DNA of 64,000 bases from Candidatus Eiseniibacteriota bacterium. Its GTDB lineage: Bacteria > Eisenbacteria > RBG-16-71-46. The notes beneath the pieces were generated by a model. That model was not told the DNA's origin, did no database searches, and saw only the letters and a program-made list of their open reading frames with translations. Below are positions 40,019-49,411 of the stretch, one piece after another; the first letter of the stretch is position 1, and the number at the start of each line of letters is the position of its first letter. The position numbers and the translations under genes were made by a program. The stretch spans positions 32,001-96,000 of the forward strand of contig CAVUWA010000001.1 of NCBI GenBank assembly GCA_963744995.1, written 5' to 3'.

Positions 40019-40746
40019 ACGCCCGCGACCGTCTCGCGACGGAACGCCACCACGTAGAAGCCGCCGAATCCCGCCAGCGGCCGGCTCAGCGCCCGCTCCA
40101 CCCCGCGCAGCAGCGCCCCGGCGACCGGCACGCGGTGCGCATATGCATGGGGCGTGGCGATCACCACACCGCGCTGCCCGATCACGCGCGCGCCCGCGGG
40201 CAGCAGCGCGCGAACTTCGGCGGGCGAGTGGTAGGTGGTGTGGACCTCGCGGTCGTGCGAGCCCTCCCCGATCTTCACCCGCCACCAGCGCGCCCTCTTC
40301 CACCAGACCCGCAGGCTGCGGGTGTTGTAGAACTCGAGTACGCCGACGCCGCCGACGTCGAGAACGCGCAGGATCTCGCGCAGGGCCGCATCGAGATCCG
40401 GGATGTGCGGCAGCACCTTGAACGAGTAGACCAGATCGAAACTGCGGTCCCGGAACGGCAGCTGCGTGGCCGACGCCTGGCCGACCGCGAGGTCACGGGA
40501 ACGCGCGTGCCCGAGCATGCCGGCGGAGAGATCGACGCCCACGGCGCGCGGCGCGAACGTCCGCACGCGCTGCAGGATCTGCCCGGTGCCGCATCCCACC
40601 TCGAGTACCCGTTCACCGCGGAGCCAGTGCCGCACGCAGGCGGTCTCGAGATCGTCGATGAACGCGTGATAGCCATCGCTGCGCGGCCGGTCGTAGGTCG
40701 TGCTGAAGTCGTCGTAGTAGCGGCGCGGATCCTTCATCTGGCTCAC
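40015..40746 (-). CDS. Class I SAM-dependent methyltransferase
   Basis: LEVGCGTG, GVDLSAGML, LPFRDRSFD. Confidence 0.92.
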   Translation of the reverse strand: MSQMKDPRRYYDDFSTTYDRPRSDGYHAFIDDLETACVRHWLRGERVLEVGCGTGQILQRVRTFAPRAVGVDLSAGMLGHARSRDLAVGQASATQLPFRDRSFDLVYSFKVLPHIPDLDAALREILRVLDVGGVGVLEFYNTRSLRVWWKRARWWRVKIGEGSHDREVHTTYHSPAEVRALLPAGARVIGQRGVVIATPHAYAHRVPVAGALLRGVERALSRPLAGFGGFYVVAFRRETVAGV

Positions 40747-41840
40747 CCCGTGATCGAGAACGAACGGCCGAGGTCATCGTACAACGCCTCGTAGGCGGCC
40801 GCGGCCGCCTGCGGCGCGTAACGGGTTTCGTAGCGCGCGCGCCCCGCCGCTCCCATGGCCGCGCCGTCGCGCGGCAATGCACGCAGCGCCTCGAGCCACG
40901 GGCCGGCCTCCATGGGCAGCGTCGCTCCGCCCGCGCCGATGGTCTCGACCAGCGGCTCGAGGTCACTGGCCAGCACCGGCCGGCGCTCGCGCCACGCCTC
41001 GAGCACGACCAGCGGCAGGTCGGTCTTCGCGTGCAGCGAGCGCGCCGGGAACAGCAGGGCCTCGCTGGCGGCGATCAGCGCCGGCATGTCGGGCACGGTG
41101 GAGGCGAAGCGCACGCGCGCGCCCAGGTCCCGCTGCCGCGCTTCCGCCTCGAACGCCGCACGTGCGGCTGCCGCAGACGGCGTCTTCGCGCGCCCGGTCA
41201 TGAGCAGCACCGGCAGATCGTCCGCCTGCGCCCAGACCTCGAGCAGCAGCGCGTGCCCGCCCGAAAACTCGAAGTCGCCCGGATAGATCACGAACGGAGC
41301 GGTCACCCCGGCATGGGCGCGTGCCGCCAGGGCGCGTTGCCCGGACACCGGCGGCACCTCCTCGATGACCGGCGGAATCACCGCATGCGTCGTCCCGCCC
41401 GCCGCCTCGAACGCGCGTGCGGTCGCATGGGTGAGCGTCACGGTGCGGTCGGCGAACAGCAGCGCCGGCGACGCCGCCCGCGGCGCGCTCAGGACGGTGT
41501 GAACGCAGCGGCGGCCGCAGGCACGGGCGAGCCACCGCGCGGCCCGCACGGCCGGCGGGTGCGGCTGGAAGAAGAAGTGCAGGAGGTCGAACGTGCGTCG
41601 CCGCCGCCAGACCCCCAGCATCATGCGCAGGTGCTCGCCCGCACCCGGACGATGGCGTCCGGCATCGCGGTAGACCGGCACCGGCTCCACCCACGAAGGC
41701 CACGGAGCGGCGTCGCCCTTCCGCACCAGGACCGACCACGTGTGGCGGCCGCTCGCCCCGAGCGCCAGGGCTCTCGGCACCAGCTTGCCGCTGTCGTTCC
41801 ACGGTTCGACCAGCGGTTTGGTCACCAGCAGCACCCTCAT
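40743..41840 (-). CDS. GT4 glycosyltransferase
   Basis: KTDLPLVVLEAW..RPVLASD GT-B C-terminal motif. Confidence 0.85.
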   Translation of the reverse strand: MRVLLVTKPLVEPWNDSGKLVPRALALGASGRHTWSVLVRKGDAAPWPSWVEPVPVYRDAGRHRPGAGEHLRMMLGVWRRRRTFDLLHFFFQPHPPAVRAARWLARACGRRCVHTVLSAPRAASPALLFADRTVTLTHATARAFEAAGGTTHAVIPPVIEEVPPVSGQRALAARAHAGVTAPFVIYPGDFEFSGGHALLLEVWAQADDLPVLLMTGRAKTPSAAAARAAFEAEARQRDLGARVRFASTVPDMPALIAASEALLFPARSLHAKTDLPLVVLEAWRERRPVLASDLEPLVETIGAGGATLPMEAGPWLEALRALPRDGAAMGAAGRARYETRYAPQAAAAAYEALYDDLGRSFSITG

Positions 41841-42613
41841 CCGGACGCCCCCGGCGGCCGCGCACCGGCCGCCCGCGCCGCTCCCCCGAACACGGGGCGC
41901 GCCCGGGCCGCGCGTCGCGCGATGCCGAGCCACAGGATCCTCGCCAGGATGCGCGGCGGATCACGCAGGGGATCGATGCCCGACACTTCGTCGCCGTAGC
42001 GCGCAGTGACCGGCACCTCGACGACGCGGGCGCGGAGGCGGTGCGCCTCGATCCGCACGAATGCCGGGAAGCCGTAGCCGGCCGGCAGCCCCGCGCGGGC
42101 GAGGCGCGCGAGGAAAGCCGCCGAGGCAGCCGTGAACCCGCACTGGCTGTCGCCGACGCGCACCCCCGCGGCCCATCCGGTCGCGGCGCTCAGCAGCCGG
42201 TTGCCCCACTGCCTGAAGACGGGCATGCGGCCGCGCGGTCGCCCGCCGGCAAAGCGCACGCCCTGTACGTAGTCGGCGCGCCCCTCCGCCACCGGTCCGG
42301 CCACGCGGTCGAGCTCGTTCATGTCCATCTGCCCGTCCGCGGCCACGACTGCCGTGACGTCCGCGCCCAGCGCGTGTGCGCGCGTATAACCGCTGAGGAT
42401 CGCGGCGCCGACGCCGAGACCTTCCTCGTGGCGGATCGCAACGACGCGCGGGTCGCGCCACGCCTGGATCTCGTTCCAGGTCCCGTCGCGGCTGCCGTCG
42501 TCCACCACGATCACCCGCCACACCCAGGCCGGAATCGTGGCCAGCACGCCGGGCAGCAGGCGCGCTTCGTCACGCGCGGGAATCACCAGCGCGACCCGGG
42601 CGTCGCCGTTCAT
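41837..42613 (-). CDS. GT2 glycosyltransferase (DPM1-like)
   Basis: IPARDE, VDDGSRDGT, ADGQM, DSQCGF. Confidence 0.9.
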   Translation of the reverse strand: MNGDARVALVIPARDEARLLPGVLATIPAWVWRVIVVDDGSRDGTWNEIQAWRDPRVVAIRHEEGLGVGAAILSGYTRAHALGADVTAVVAADGQMDMNELDRVAGPVAEGRADYVQGVRFAGGRPRGRMPVFRQWGNRLLSAATGWAAGVRVGDSQCGFTAASAAFLARLARAGLPAGYGFPAFVRIEAHRLRARVVEVPVTARYGDEVSGIDPLRDPPRILARILWLGIARRAARARPVFGGAARAAGARPPGASG

Positions 42614-43857
42614 CGGGCCCTCCCGAACGCGAGCGCCGGGCGGGCCGCGCCACCGGGTTCAGGCACGAGGGCCGCCGAGAGCAGGCGGTCCCATGCGCTC
42701 AGTGCGCGTTCCGGGTGATACGCCCGGCCTGCCGCCCGCGCCCCGCCGGCGAGCCGCGCGAGGCGTTCGCGGTCGGCGGCGAAGCGCCCGAGCGCCGCAG
42801 CCAGCGAGCGGGCGGCGGCCGCGGGCCCGCCGCTGGCGTCGAAGACGTCGCCCGCGCCGTGCGCGCGGAGCAGCCCCGCGAGCGCACCGCCGTCGGACGA
42901 CAGCACCGGGAGCCCCGCCGCGAGCGCGCTGGTCGCCGCATGCGGCAGGCCTTCGGTGCGCCCCGAACGCATGCGCAGCGACGGCACCACCAGCAGGTCC
43001 GCCTCCCCGAGCGCCGTCATGAGCGCCGCGCCGCTCAGCACGCCCGGAAACGTGACGCGCGCGCGCACGTGGCGGGCGGCGGCCCGCAGCGCACGCTCTT
43101 CCCCGCCCGCGCCGGCCAGCACGACCTCGATCGGCGCATCGCCGAGGCGGCGCACGGCCTCGACCAGCAGCGTCGCGCCCTTGATCGGCTCGAAGCGGCC
43201 GAGGAACAGGACCCGCAGCGGTCCGGCGTGGCGTGCCTCCCGCCGTCCGCCGGGCGCAGGATCCGCCGGCAACGGGGCAGTCGCCACGTCGCATCCGCCC
43301 AGCGCGGCGCCGACGCGGGCGGCGGTGAGCGCGGCCGGAGCCGTGAGGCGCGTGCGGGCGAAGCGCGCCGCCAGCCGCGCGCGCATACCGGGCACTCTCG
43401 CCAGCCGCTCGGCGAGGTGGACGTCGGCGCCGTGCGCGGTCGCCACGTGCGGCAGCCCTGCGCCGGCCGCGACGCCCGCACCCAGCCACCCCGACGGCAG
43501 CAGCCAGTGGCTCCACACGAGGTCGAACCTGCCCGAGCCGGCGTGGCGTCGGGCGGCGCGCGCGAGCGCGTCGCACATTCCCGGGACCGCTGCGAGCCGC
43601 CACGGCGAGGCGGCGAGACGCTCGGGGATCCCGCCGGCGTGCACGAGCCCCGCGCTCCGCCCCGGAAAATCGAGCGCCTCGAGCGTGACCGCGCCGCGCG
43701 TCGCGCGGAGCGGGCCGCCGGCGGGCGCCGGGGTCAGCACGTGAAACGCCCAGCCCTGCGCGCCGAGCCCGTCGAGCAGGCGCTCGATGAAGCGCCCGGA
43801 AAGGCTGTCCTCGCGAAGCGGGTACGAGGTGGTGAGCACGAGCGCGCGCACGCTCAC
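42610..43857 (-). CDS. GT4 glycosyltransferase
   Basis: TTSYP, HWLLPSG, HGADV, GRFEPIKG, EGLP. Confidence 0.88.
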   Translation of the reverse strand: MSVRALVLTTSYPLREDSLSGRFIERLLDGLGAQGWAFHVLTPAPAGGPLRATRGAVTLEALDFPGRSAGLVHAGGIPERLAASPWRLAAVPGMCDALARAARRHAGSGRFDLVWSHWLLPSGWLGAGVAAGAGLPHVATAHGADVHLAERLARVPGMRARLAARFARTRLTAPAALTAARVGAALGGCDVATAPLPADPAPGGRREARHAGPLRVLFLGRFEPIKGATLLVEAVRRLGDAPIEVVLAGAGGEERALRAAARHVRARVTFPGVLSGAALMTALGEADLLVVPSLRMRSGRTEGLPHAATSALAAGLPVLSSDGGALAGLLRAHGAGDVFDASGGPAAAARSLAAALGRFAADRERLARLAGGARAAGRAYHPERALSAWDRLLSAALVPEPGGAARPALAFGRAR

Positions 43858-45326
43858 CCTCCTGCCGCCGCCAGGGCGCGCCGCGGCCGGATTTCGCCGG
43901 AGAGCGCGAGCGCCCCGAGCAGGGTCGCGCCGAGCACCGCGAGCTTCACCAGCAGCATCAGTCCGTGCGCCGGCCAGAAGAACGCGAGCGCGCCGAGCAG
44001 CGCCGCGATCACCACGCCGCGTGCGAAGCTCGCGTACGGCACGAACCCGCCGAAGCGGCGCGTCGCGACGCCGAGCCCGAGCGCGAGGCCGAGGCCCATC
44101 CCCGCCAGATCGCCGAACGCCGCGCCGGCGGGGCCCAGGGTTCCGAACGCGGCCGCGCCCGCAGCGACCTGCCCGGCGAGCGCCACGGCGAGGACGACCA
44201 CGCCGTCGCGCGGACGCCCGGCGCCCGCGAGCGCGCTGGCGAGCAGGTAGGCCACGGTCCACGCGGCATAGGCCGGGGCGAGCAGGGCCAGCCAGGCGCC
44301 GCCCGCGCGATAGGCCTCGCCGTACAGCAGCGCCACCAGGTCGCCGCCCATCACGCCGAGCACCGCGGCCGCGGGCAGCAGAGTCACCGACAGGTAGCGC
44401 AGCGCGCCACGCAGGATGTCGCGCGCCGCGCCCGGATCGGGCTGGTCGCCGAGGCGCGCGAGGTTCGGAAACACCACCAGCACCAGCGGAATGAGCATCT
44501 GGTACAGCAGCTGCGACAGCGTGAGCGCCGCGCGGTAGAGCCCCGCGGTCTGATTCGCGACCTCGGGCGCCGCGAGCCGCTTGACCACCCAGAGGTCCGC
44601 GCTGAGCACGAAGTTCGCGACCAGCGTGAGCCCGAGCAGCCAGCCGCCGAACGTGAACAGCTCGCGCGTGTCGAACGCGCCGTGCGGCTTGTCCTCGCGC
44701 CGCAGCACCAGGAAGGACACGCCGAGCACGGAGAAGGCGGCGAGCGCAAAGCCGCCGGCCGCACCGGCGACGCCGAGCCCGAGCCAGACCGCGCCGAGGA
44801 TGAAACTGACCTTGAGCGTCGAGTAGGTCATGTCGAGGCCGGCCTGGCGCGGGAAGAGACGCCGGCCGTTGAGGAACCCCACGTTGACGGCATAGAGCGC
44901 GTACGCGAAGACGATGGACGCCGCGATCCGGAGCGGCGTGACCAGCTCCGGATCGTGGAACCAGCGCCCGATCCACGGCGCCGCGAGCACGAGGCCGAGG
45001 AACAGCATCGTTCCCACTGCGAACTGCACCCGCATCGCGCGCCGCATCACGGTGCCGGCACGGTCGGCGTCGCGTGCGACGAAGCGCGCCACCGTCTGGA
45101 GGCTCGCCGCGATGAGCACGTTGTTGAGCACCGAGACGATCGAGATCACCACCGCGTACAGGCCGAAGCGTTCGGGGCCCAGCAGGCGCGTGAGGCCGAA
45201 GTAGATCGCGTAGCCGGACACCACGAACCACGCCTTGGCCAGGGTGATGACGGCGACGCCGGAGGCCATGCGGGGTGATGCGGCGGGCCGGTCCGCCGCA
45301 CGTGGGGAGGTCGGGGGATCTTGCAT
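43854..45326 (-). CDS. Oligosaccharide flippase (Wzx/MOP family)
   Basis: RLLGPERFGLY, AGLYRAA; about 12-14 TM helices. Confidence 0.88.
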   Translation of the reverse strand: MQDPPTSPRAADRPAASPRMASGVAVITLAKAWFVVSGYAIYFGLTRLLGPERFGLYAVVISIVSVLNNVLIAASLQTVARFVARDADRAGTVMRRAMRVQFAVGTMLFLGLVLAAPWIGRWFHDPELVTPLRIAASIVFAYALYAVNVGFLNGRRLFPRQAGLDMTYSTLKVSFILGAVWLGLGVAGAAGGFALAAFSVLGVSFLVLRREDKPHGAFDTRELFTFGGWLLGLTLVANFVLSADLWVVKRLAAPEVANQTAGLYRAALTLSQLLYQMLIPLVLVVFPNLARLGDQPDPGAARDILRGALRYLSVTLLPAAAVLGVMGGDLVALLYGEAYRAGGAWLALLAPAYAAWTVAYLLASALAGAGRPRDGVVVLAVALAGQVAAGAAAFGTLGPAGAAFGDLAGMGLGLALGLGVATRRFGGFVPYASFARGVVIAALLGALAFFWPAHGLMLLVKLAVLGATLLGALALSGEIRPRRALAAAGG

Positions 45327-45337
45327 GAGAGCGGATA

Positions 45338-45366
45338 AGTCTACGTGGCGGCCGCGCGACCGGCAA
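45338..45366 (-). promoter_or_regulatory. Sigma70 promoter of the flippase operon
   Basis: TTGCCG-N17-TAGACT, 11 nt before the ATG. Confidence 0.65.
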
Positions 45367-45377
45367 TGCCTCGACGT

Positions 45378-46679
45378 TCAGGCCCCGGCGCGGGCCACCC
45401 GGGCGAGGCCGAGAGCGATCGTGAAGGCGACGAACGGAGCGATCGGAACGGAGTGGCGGAAGATGGCGAAGAACGGCAGGTAGAGTCCCCAGGTCACCCA
45501 CACGATCGCGTGGCATGCGAGCAGCGGGCCACGCCAGCGGCGCTCGGGCCATGCACGCCACGTGCCCCAGGCGAGCAGCAGCAGCCACAGCGCGCTCGAA
45601 GCGAGGAGGACCCGCGTCTTGAGGACGGAGGCCGAGGCCGACCAGAAGTCCACGGCGTTCCGCGCCATCTTGCGGACCAGATAGGAAGGCGATCGGAACT
45701 TCTCGAGCATGATCGTCCGGTACTTCGCCTCCTGGGCCAGGTCGCCGCGGGCGTCCAGCCCGGCCGGGTAGACGAATCCGGCCGGCTCGCGGATCACTTC
45801 GGGTGGGAACGAGTCATCGGGGACGGACGCAAAATCGACCCGGTCCCGACCGGTGCGGGCGAGCCAGTCGTGCGCCTGATCGTAGCGATCGTCGTGGTAC
45901 GCGTTGTACCAGACCAGCGAATGGAACGGGACGAACGCCCCGCTCACGCGATAGTTACGGACCCACCAGGGTGACATGGTGACCGCCCACGCGACCACGA
46001 GGACCACGACCACGCCGGGGCCGACTCGGCGGCGCAGCACCTCCACGCCGAGCCACGCGCAGGCGACGGCGAGCATGACGACACCCGAGCCGCGGGTGAG
46101 GCAGGCGAGGCCGATCGCCACCCCCAGCCCGAGGGCCGCGGTGCGGGTCGGCGCGCGCACGATGCGCAGCAGCAGCACGAAGCTCACGACCATCCAGAGC
46201 GTGAGCATCGTCTCGGAGCTGCCCTTCCCCGCGTAGTAGAAGCTGGTCGGCCAGAAAGCGAACAGCAGCCCACCGAAAATCGCCGCGCCGGGCCCCACCC
46301 AGGTCATGAGCGCGAGCGTGATCAGCGCCGCCGACGCGCCGTGGCACACCATGTCGGTGAAGCTGACCACGCGCAGCGAGCGATCGCCGGTCAACCGGAA
46401 CAGCGCCGCGAGATACAGCGGGTAGACCGGCCCACGCATCACCGTCTCACGCGTGGGGTCGCCGGAACTCGCGCTGTAGGCACCATATTGCGCGATGTTG
46501 AGGGCGATCTCGTCGTACTCGTCGCTGAGCCCGGTGGCTACCGAATTCATGAACACCGGTCGGGCCACGGCCACCGCCCCGACGCCCGCCGTGGACACGA
46601 CCAGGAAGACGATCAGCGGCGCCACGCCGGCGCGGTGCAGAATCGGTAGGCGGCGTTGCGCCGCGGGGAGCTCGCTCAT
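45378..46679 (-). CDS. GT-C (ArnT/GT39-like) membrane glycosyltransferase
   Basis: DEY..IALNI, RGPVYPLYLA, SSET, LACLTR, PWWVRNY. Confidence 0.85.
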   Translation of the reverse strand: MSELPAAQRRLPILHRAGVAPLIVFLVVSTAGVGAVAVARPVFMNSVATGLSDEYDEIALNIAQYGAYSASSGDPTRETVMRGPVYPLYLAALFRLTGDRSLRVVSFTDMVCHGASAALITLALMTWVGPGAAIFGGLLFAFWPTSFYYAGKGSSETMLTLWMVVSFVLLLRIVRAPTRTAALGLGVAIGLACLTRGSGVVMLAVACAWLGVEVLRRRVGPGVVVVLVVAWAVTMSPWWVRNYRVSGAFVPFHSLVWYNAYHDDRYDQAHDWLARTGRDRVDFASVPDDSFPPEVIREPAGFVYPAGLDARGDLAQEAKYRTIMLEKFRSPSYLVRKMARNAVDFWSASASVLKTRVLLASSALWLLLLAWGTWRAWPERRWRGPLLACHAIVWVTWGLYLPFFAIFRHSVPIAPFVAFTIALGLARVARAGA

Positions 46680-46750
46680 GAACGGTGAATCATCCTCACT
46701 CCCATGCCGGGCGGTCAACTCATGCTTCGTGCGCCGGGGTGACCCGGCGT

Positions 46751-47686
46751 TCAGCCGCGGTGCGGCTTCCCGCCCAGCGCGACGCGGATCCGCTCCCACG
46801 CGCCGACGTACTTGGCGAGCAGCGCCACCCCGACCACCTGGCAGCGCCAGAGGAAACGCGGCGGATCCGCGCTCGCGAGAATACGCGCATAGAACGGCAG
46901 CGCCGGCATGAGGCTCCTCATCAGATCCACGGCTCGCCTGGCCGGGGGCGCCGTGCGCGAAAGCATCTGCCACGTACCCCCCGCGACGCGCGCCTCGCGC
47001 CGGCACGTTTCGACCAGCGAACGGCGCGCCGGGTGCCGGACGAGCGCTCCTTCCGCGTAGGCCCCCGCGAGGCCCAGGGCCGTTGCACGCCGGCCCCATT
47101 CCATGTCTCCACCCGAACGCAGATCCGCGTCGAACGGCCCCACGCGTTCGAACGCCGCGCGCGTCGTGAACATGTTGGCGGTGGCGGCGAATTGCCGCTC
47201 GGCGACGTTCCAGTCCTGGCGAAAACGCAGCACCGTGAGGTCGTAGAGCTCCGCAGCCGTCGGATGCGCGGGATCGTGCGCGAACGTGTCCACACGGCCG
47301 GCCACGAAGCCGGGCGCGGCCGGCGCGAGGAGCGCAGCGACGCCGTGCTCGACCCACCCGGGCGCAGGGATGCAGTCGGCGTCGGTGAACGCGAACACGT
47401 CGCCGCGCGCTTCCCGGACGCCGCGGTTACGTGCCGCATAGGAGCCGGGTCGCGGCTCGGCGACGAGACGCCCCCGCGGCGTGGCCGAGATCGCCGTGCT
47501 CAAGTCCTCCGGCGCGCCGTTGTCCACCACGATGATCTCCAGCCGATCCGCGGGCCAGCTCTGGCGGGAGAGCGGATCGAGGCAGCGGGCCAGCACCTCC
47601 GCGCGCTCGCGGGCCGGCACGATGATCGAGACGAACGGTGGCGCCGTGGCTGAGGCCACCTGATCCATCCCGCGGGGCTCAGCCAT
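46751..47686 (-). CDS. GT2 glycosyltransferase
   Basis: VSIIVP, VVDNG, GSYAARN, FTDADC, SGGDMEW. Confidence 0.92.
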   Translation of the reverse strand: MAEPRGMDQVASATAPPFVSIIVPARERAEVLARCLDPLSRQSWPADRLEIIVVDNGAPEDLSTAISATPRGRLVAEPRPGSYAARNRGVREARGDVFAFTDADCIPAPGWVEHGVAALLAPAAPGFVAGRVDTFAHDPAHPTAAELYDLTVLRFRQDWNVAERQFAATANMFTTRAAFERVGPFDADLRSGGDMEWGRRATALGLAGAYAEGALVRHPARRSLVETCRREARVAGGTWQMLSRTAPPARRAVDLMRSLMPALPFYARILASADPPRFLWRCQVVGVALLAKYVGAWERIRVALGGKPHRG

Positions 47687-48890
47687 GGGCAAGGCCCTCG
47701 AGGCGCTCGACGAGGCGGTCGTTGAGCCCACGCACGTCGAAGCGACGCTCGACTCGAGCGCGTGCAGCGCGACTCATCCGGATGGCTTCGTCGGGGGCCG
47801 CGACCATTTCGGCGATCGCATCGGCCAGCGCCGCGTCATCGCGCTCCGCAACGAGGCGGCCCGAGACCCGGTCTTCCACCAGCTCGGGAATTCCGCTGTG
47901 GCGGCTGCTCACGACCGGCAGCCCGGCGGCCATGGCCTCCATCAGGACCACCGGGATGCCCTCCTGGTCGCCGTCGGCAGCAGTGACGCTCGGCGCGAGC
48001 AGCACGTGTGCACGGTCGATGGCGGCCCGAACCGAGGACTGGTCCTGCCAGCCCGAGACCGTCACGCGATCCGCCATGCCGAGCCGCGCCGCCTCCCGTT
48101 CGATGGACTCCCGGAGCGGCCCGTCGCCGATGATCTCGTAGCGGAGGTCCAGGCCCTGCGCCGCAAGGCGCGCCACCGCGCGCACGCCGAAGAGGATGCC
48201 CTTCTTTTCCACGAGGCGGCTCACGGAGAGCAGCCGAAGCGGCGCGCCGGGCGAGGGGCGTCGCTCGACGAAGGCGAACCGGCCGCAGTCGATGCCCATG
48301 CGGTGAACGTGCGTGCGGACCTCTGGAGCGCCGTGGCGGACGAGCTTCCTGCGCCAGTGTTCGCTGATCGGCAGGAACAACGCGCCCTCGCGGAACAACG
48401 CCCGGTAGAGATCAGGACGCGCATCGAGATGCAGCGACACATCGGCGCCGTGGAAGAACGTGACGAGGGGTCCGCCCAGCACCCCGGCGCGGCGCAGCAT
48501 CACCGCGAGATTTCCGTTCCAGCCGAAGTGGCAGAGGACGGCGTCGAAGGCGCGCCGCGGCGCCAATGACGAGGCCCTGTAGAGGAGCTGCAGTGAAACC
48601 CCATCCCTGCCGAAACGTGGATCGAGGGTCCGCGCCAGCGCCGGATGGCGGGCCAGCATGCCGAGAGCACGCGCCACGCGCGCGCCGCGGTGGCGTGGAA
48701 ACGACGGCCAGTATGTCGTCCTTTCGATCAGGCCGTAGCGGGCCACGTCCGCGTGGGCGAGCGCGCCTGTCGGCCGCTGCGCGAACATACGCACGTCGTG
48801 GCCACGGTCGAGGAGCCCCGTGATCTGGTTCAGAATGAAGGTTTCGGAGACGACCGGAAACGGGTCGGCCAGCACGAACGCCACGGTCAT
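47679..48890 (-). CDS. GT4 glycosyltransferase, WcaL-like
   Basis: FPVVSETFILNQI, HRMGID, RLVEKKG, DGDQEGIPVVLMEAMA. Confidence 0.92.
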   Translation of the reverse strand: MTVAFVLADPFPVVSETFILNQITGLLDRGHDVRMFAQRPTGALAHADVARYGLIERTTYWPSFPRHRGARVARALGMLARHPALARTLDPRFGRDGVSLQLLYRASSLAPRRAFDAVLCHFGWNGNLAVMLRRAGVLGGPLVTFFHGADVSLHLDARPDLYRALFREGALFLPISEHWRRKLVRHGAPEVRTHVHRMGIDCGRFAFVERRPSPGAPLRLLSVSRLVEKKGILFGVRAVARLAAQGLDLRYEIIGDGPLRESIEREAARLGMADRVTVSGWQDQSSVRAAIDRAHVLLAPSVTAADGDQEGIPVVLMEAMAAGLPVVSSRHSGIPELVEDRVSGRLVAERDDAALADAIAEMVAAPDEAIRMSRAARARVERRFDVRGLNDRLVERLEGLAHG

Positions 48891-49187
48891 GGGCGTCTCA
48901 CGATCGGAGGGTGCGACTCATTCGGAACGGGGTGGCGCGCGGCGTGGTGAGGATCTCCGGAGGACGTTGCGCGGGCCGCGCCTCGCCGTCCAGCGGGCGA
49001 ACTCGCTTCCACAGCGCCGGGACCGGCCCCGGATCGGACCGCAACGAGTCTATCAGGTCGGCCGCGGGCACCCCAGCGGGAGGGCGCGCGGAGGGACCCG
49101 TTCTCCCCGGACGCCACGCGGGGCAAATCACCCGCAGCCGCGCGAGCCCGCGCCCCGCAATCCGCTCGCGGGCCGCGCCCTCGCAGC

Positions 49188-49217
49188 TTGCCGCGGTTCC
49201 GGAGCGGCCGGTAAAAT
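49188..49217 (+). promoter_or_regulatory. Sigma70 promoter of the rightward glycan operon
   Basis: TTGCCG-N18-TAAAAT. Confidence 0.65.
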
Positions 49218-49411
49218 CATCGCGTTCGTCGCTCGTCCCCTCCCAAGGACTCCCCGATTCGAAGCTTCAAGCCCCAGGATCCGAAGCCCGGCATGACCGC
49301 ACTCCAGTGTGACGGGCGAAAAGTCGCCCACTCGCGGCACGGCGCGGCATCGCCCCTTCGCCGAGCCGCCGGCCTGCGCCCAAGGCCCCCGCGCCACGCT
49401 CAGAGGCACCC

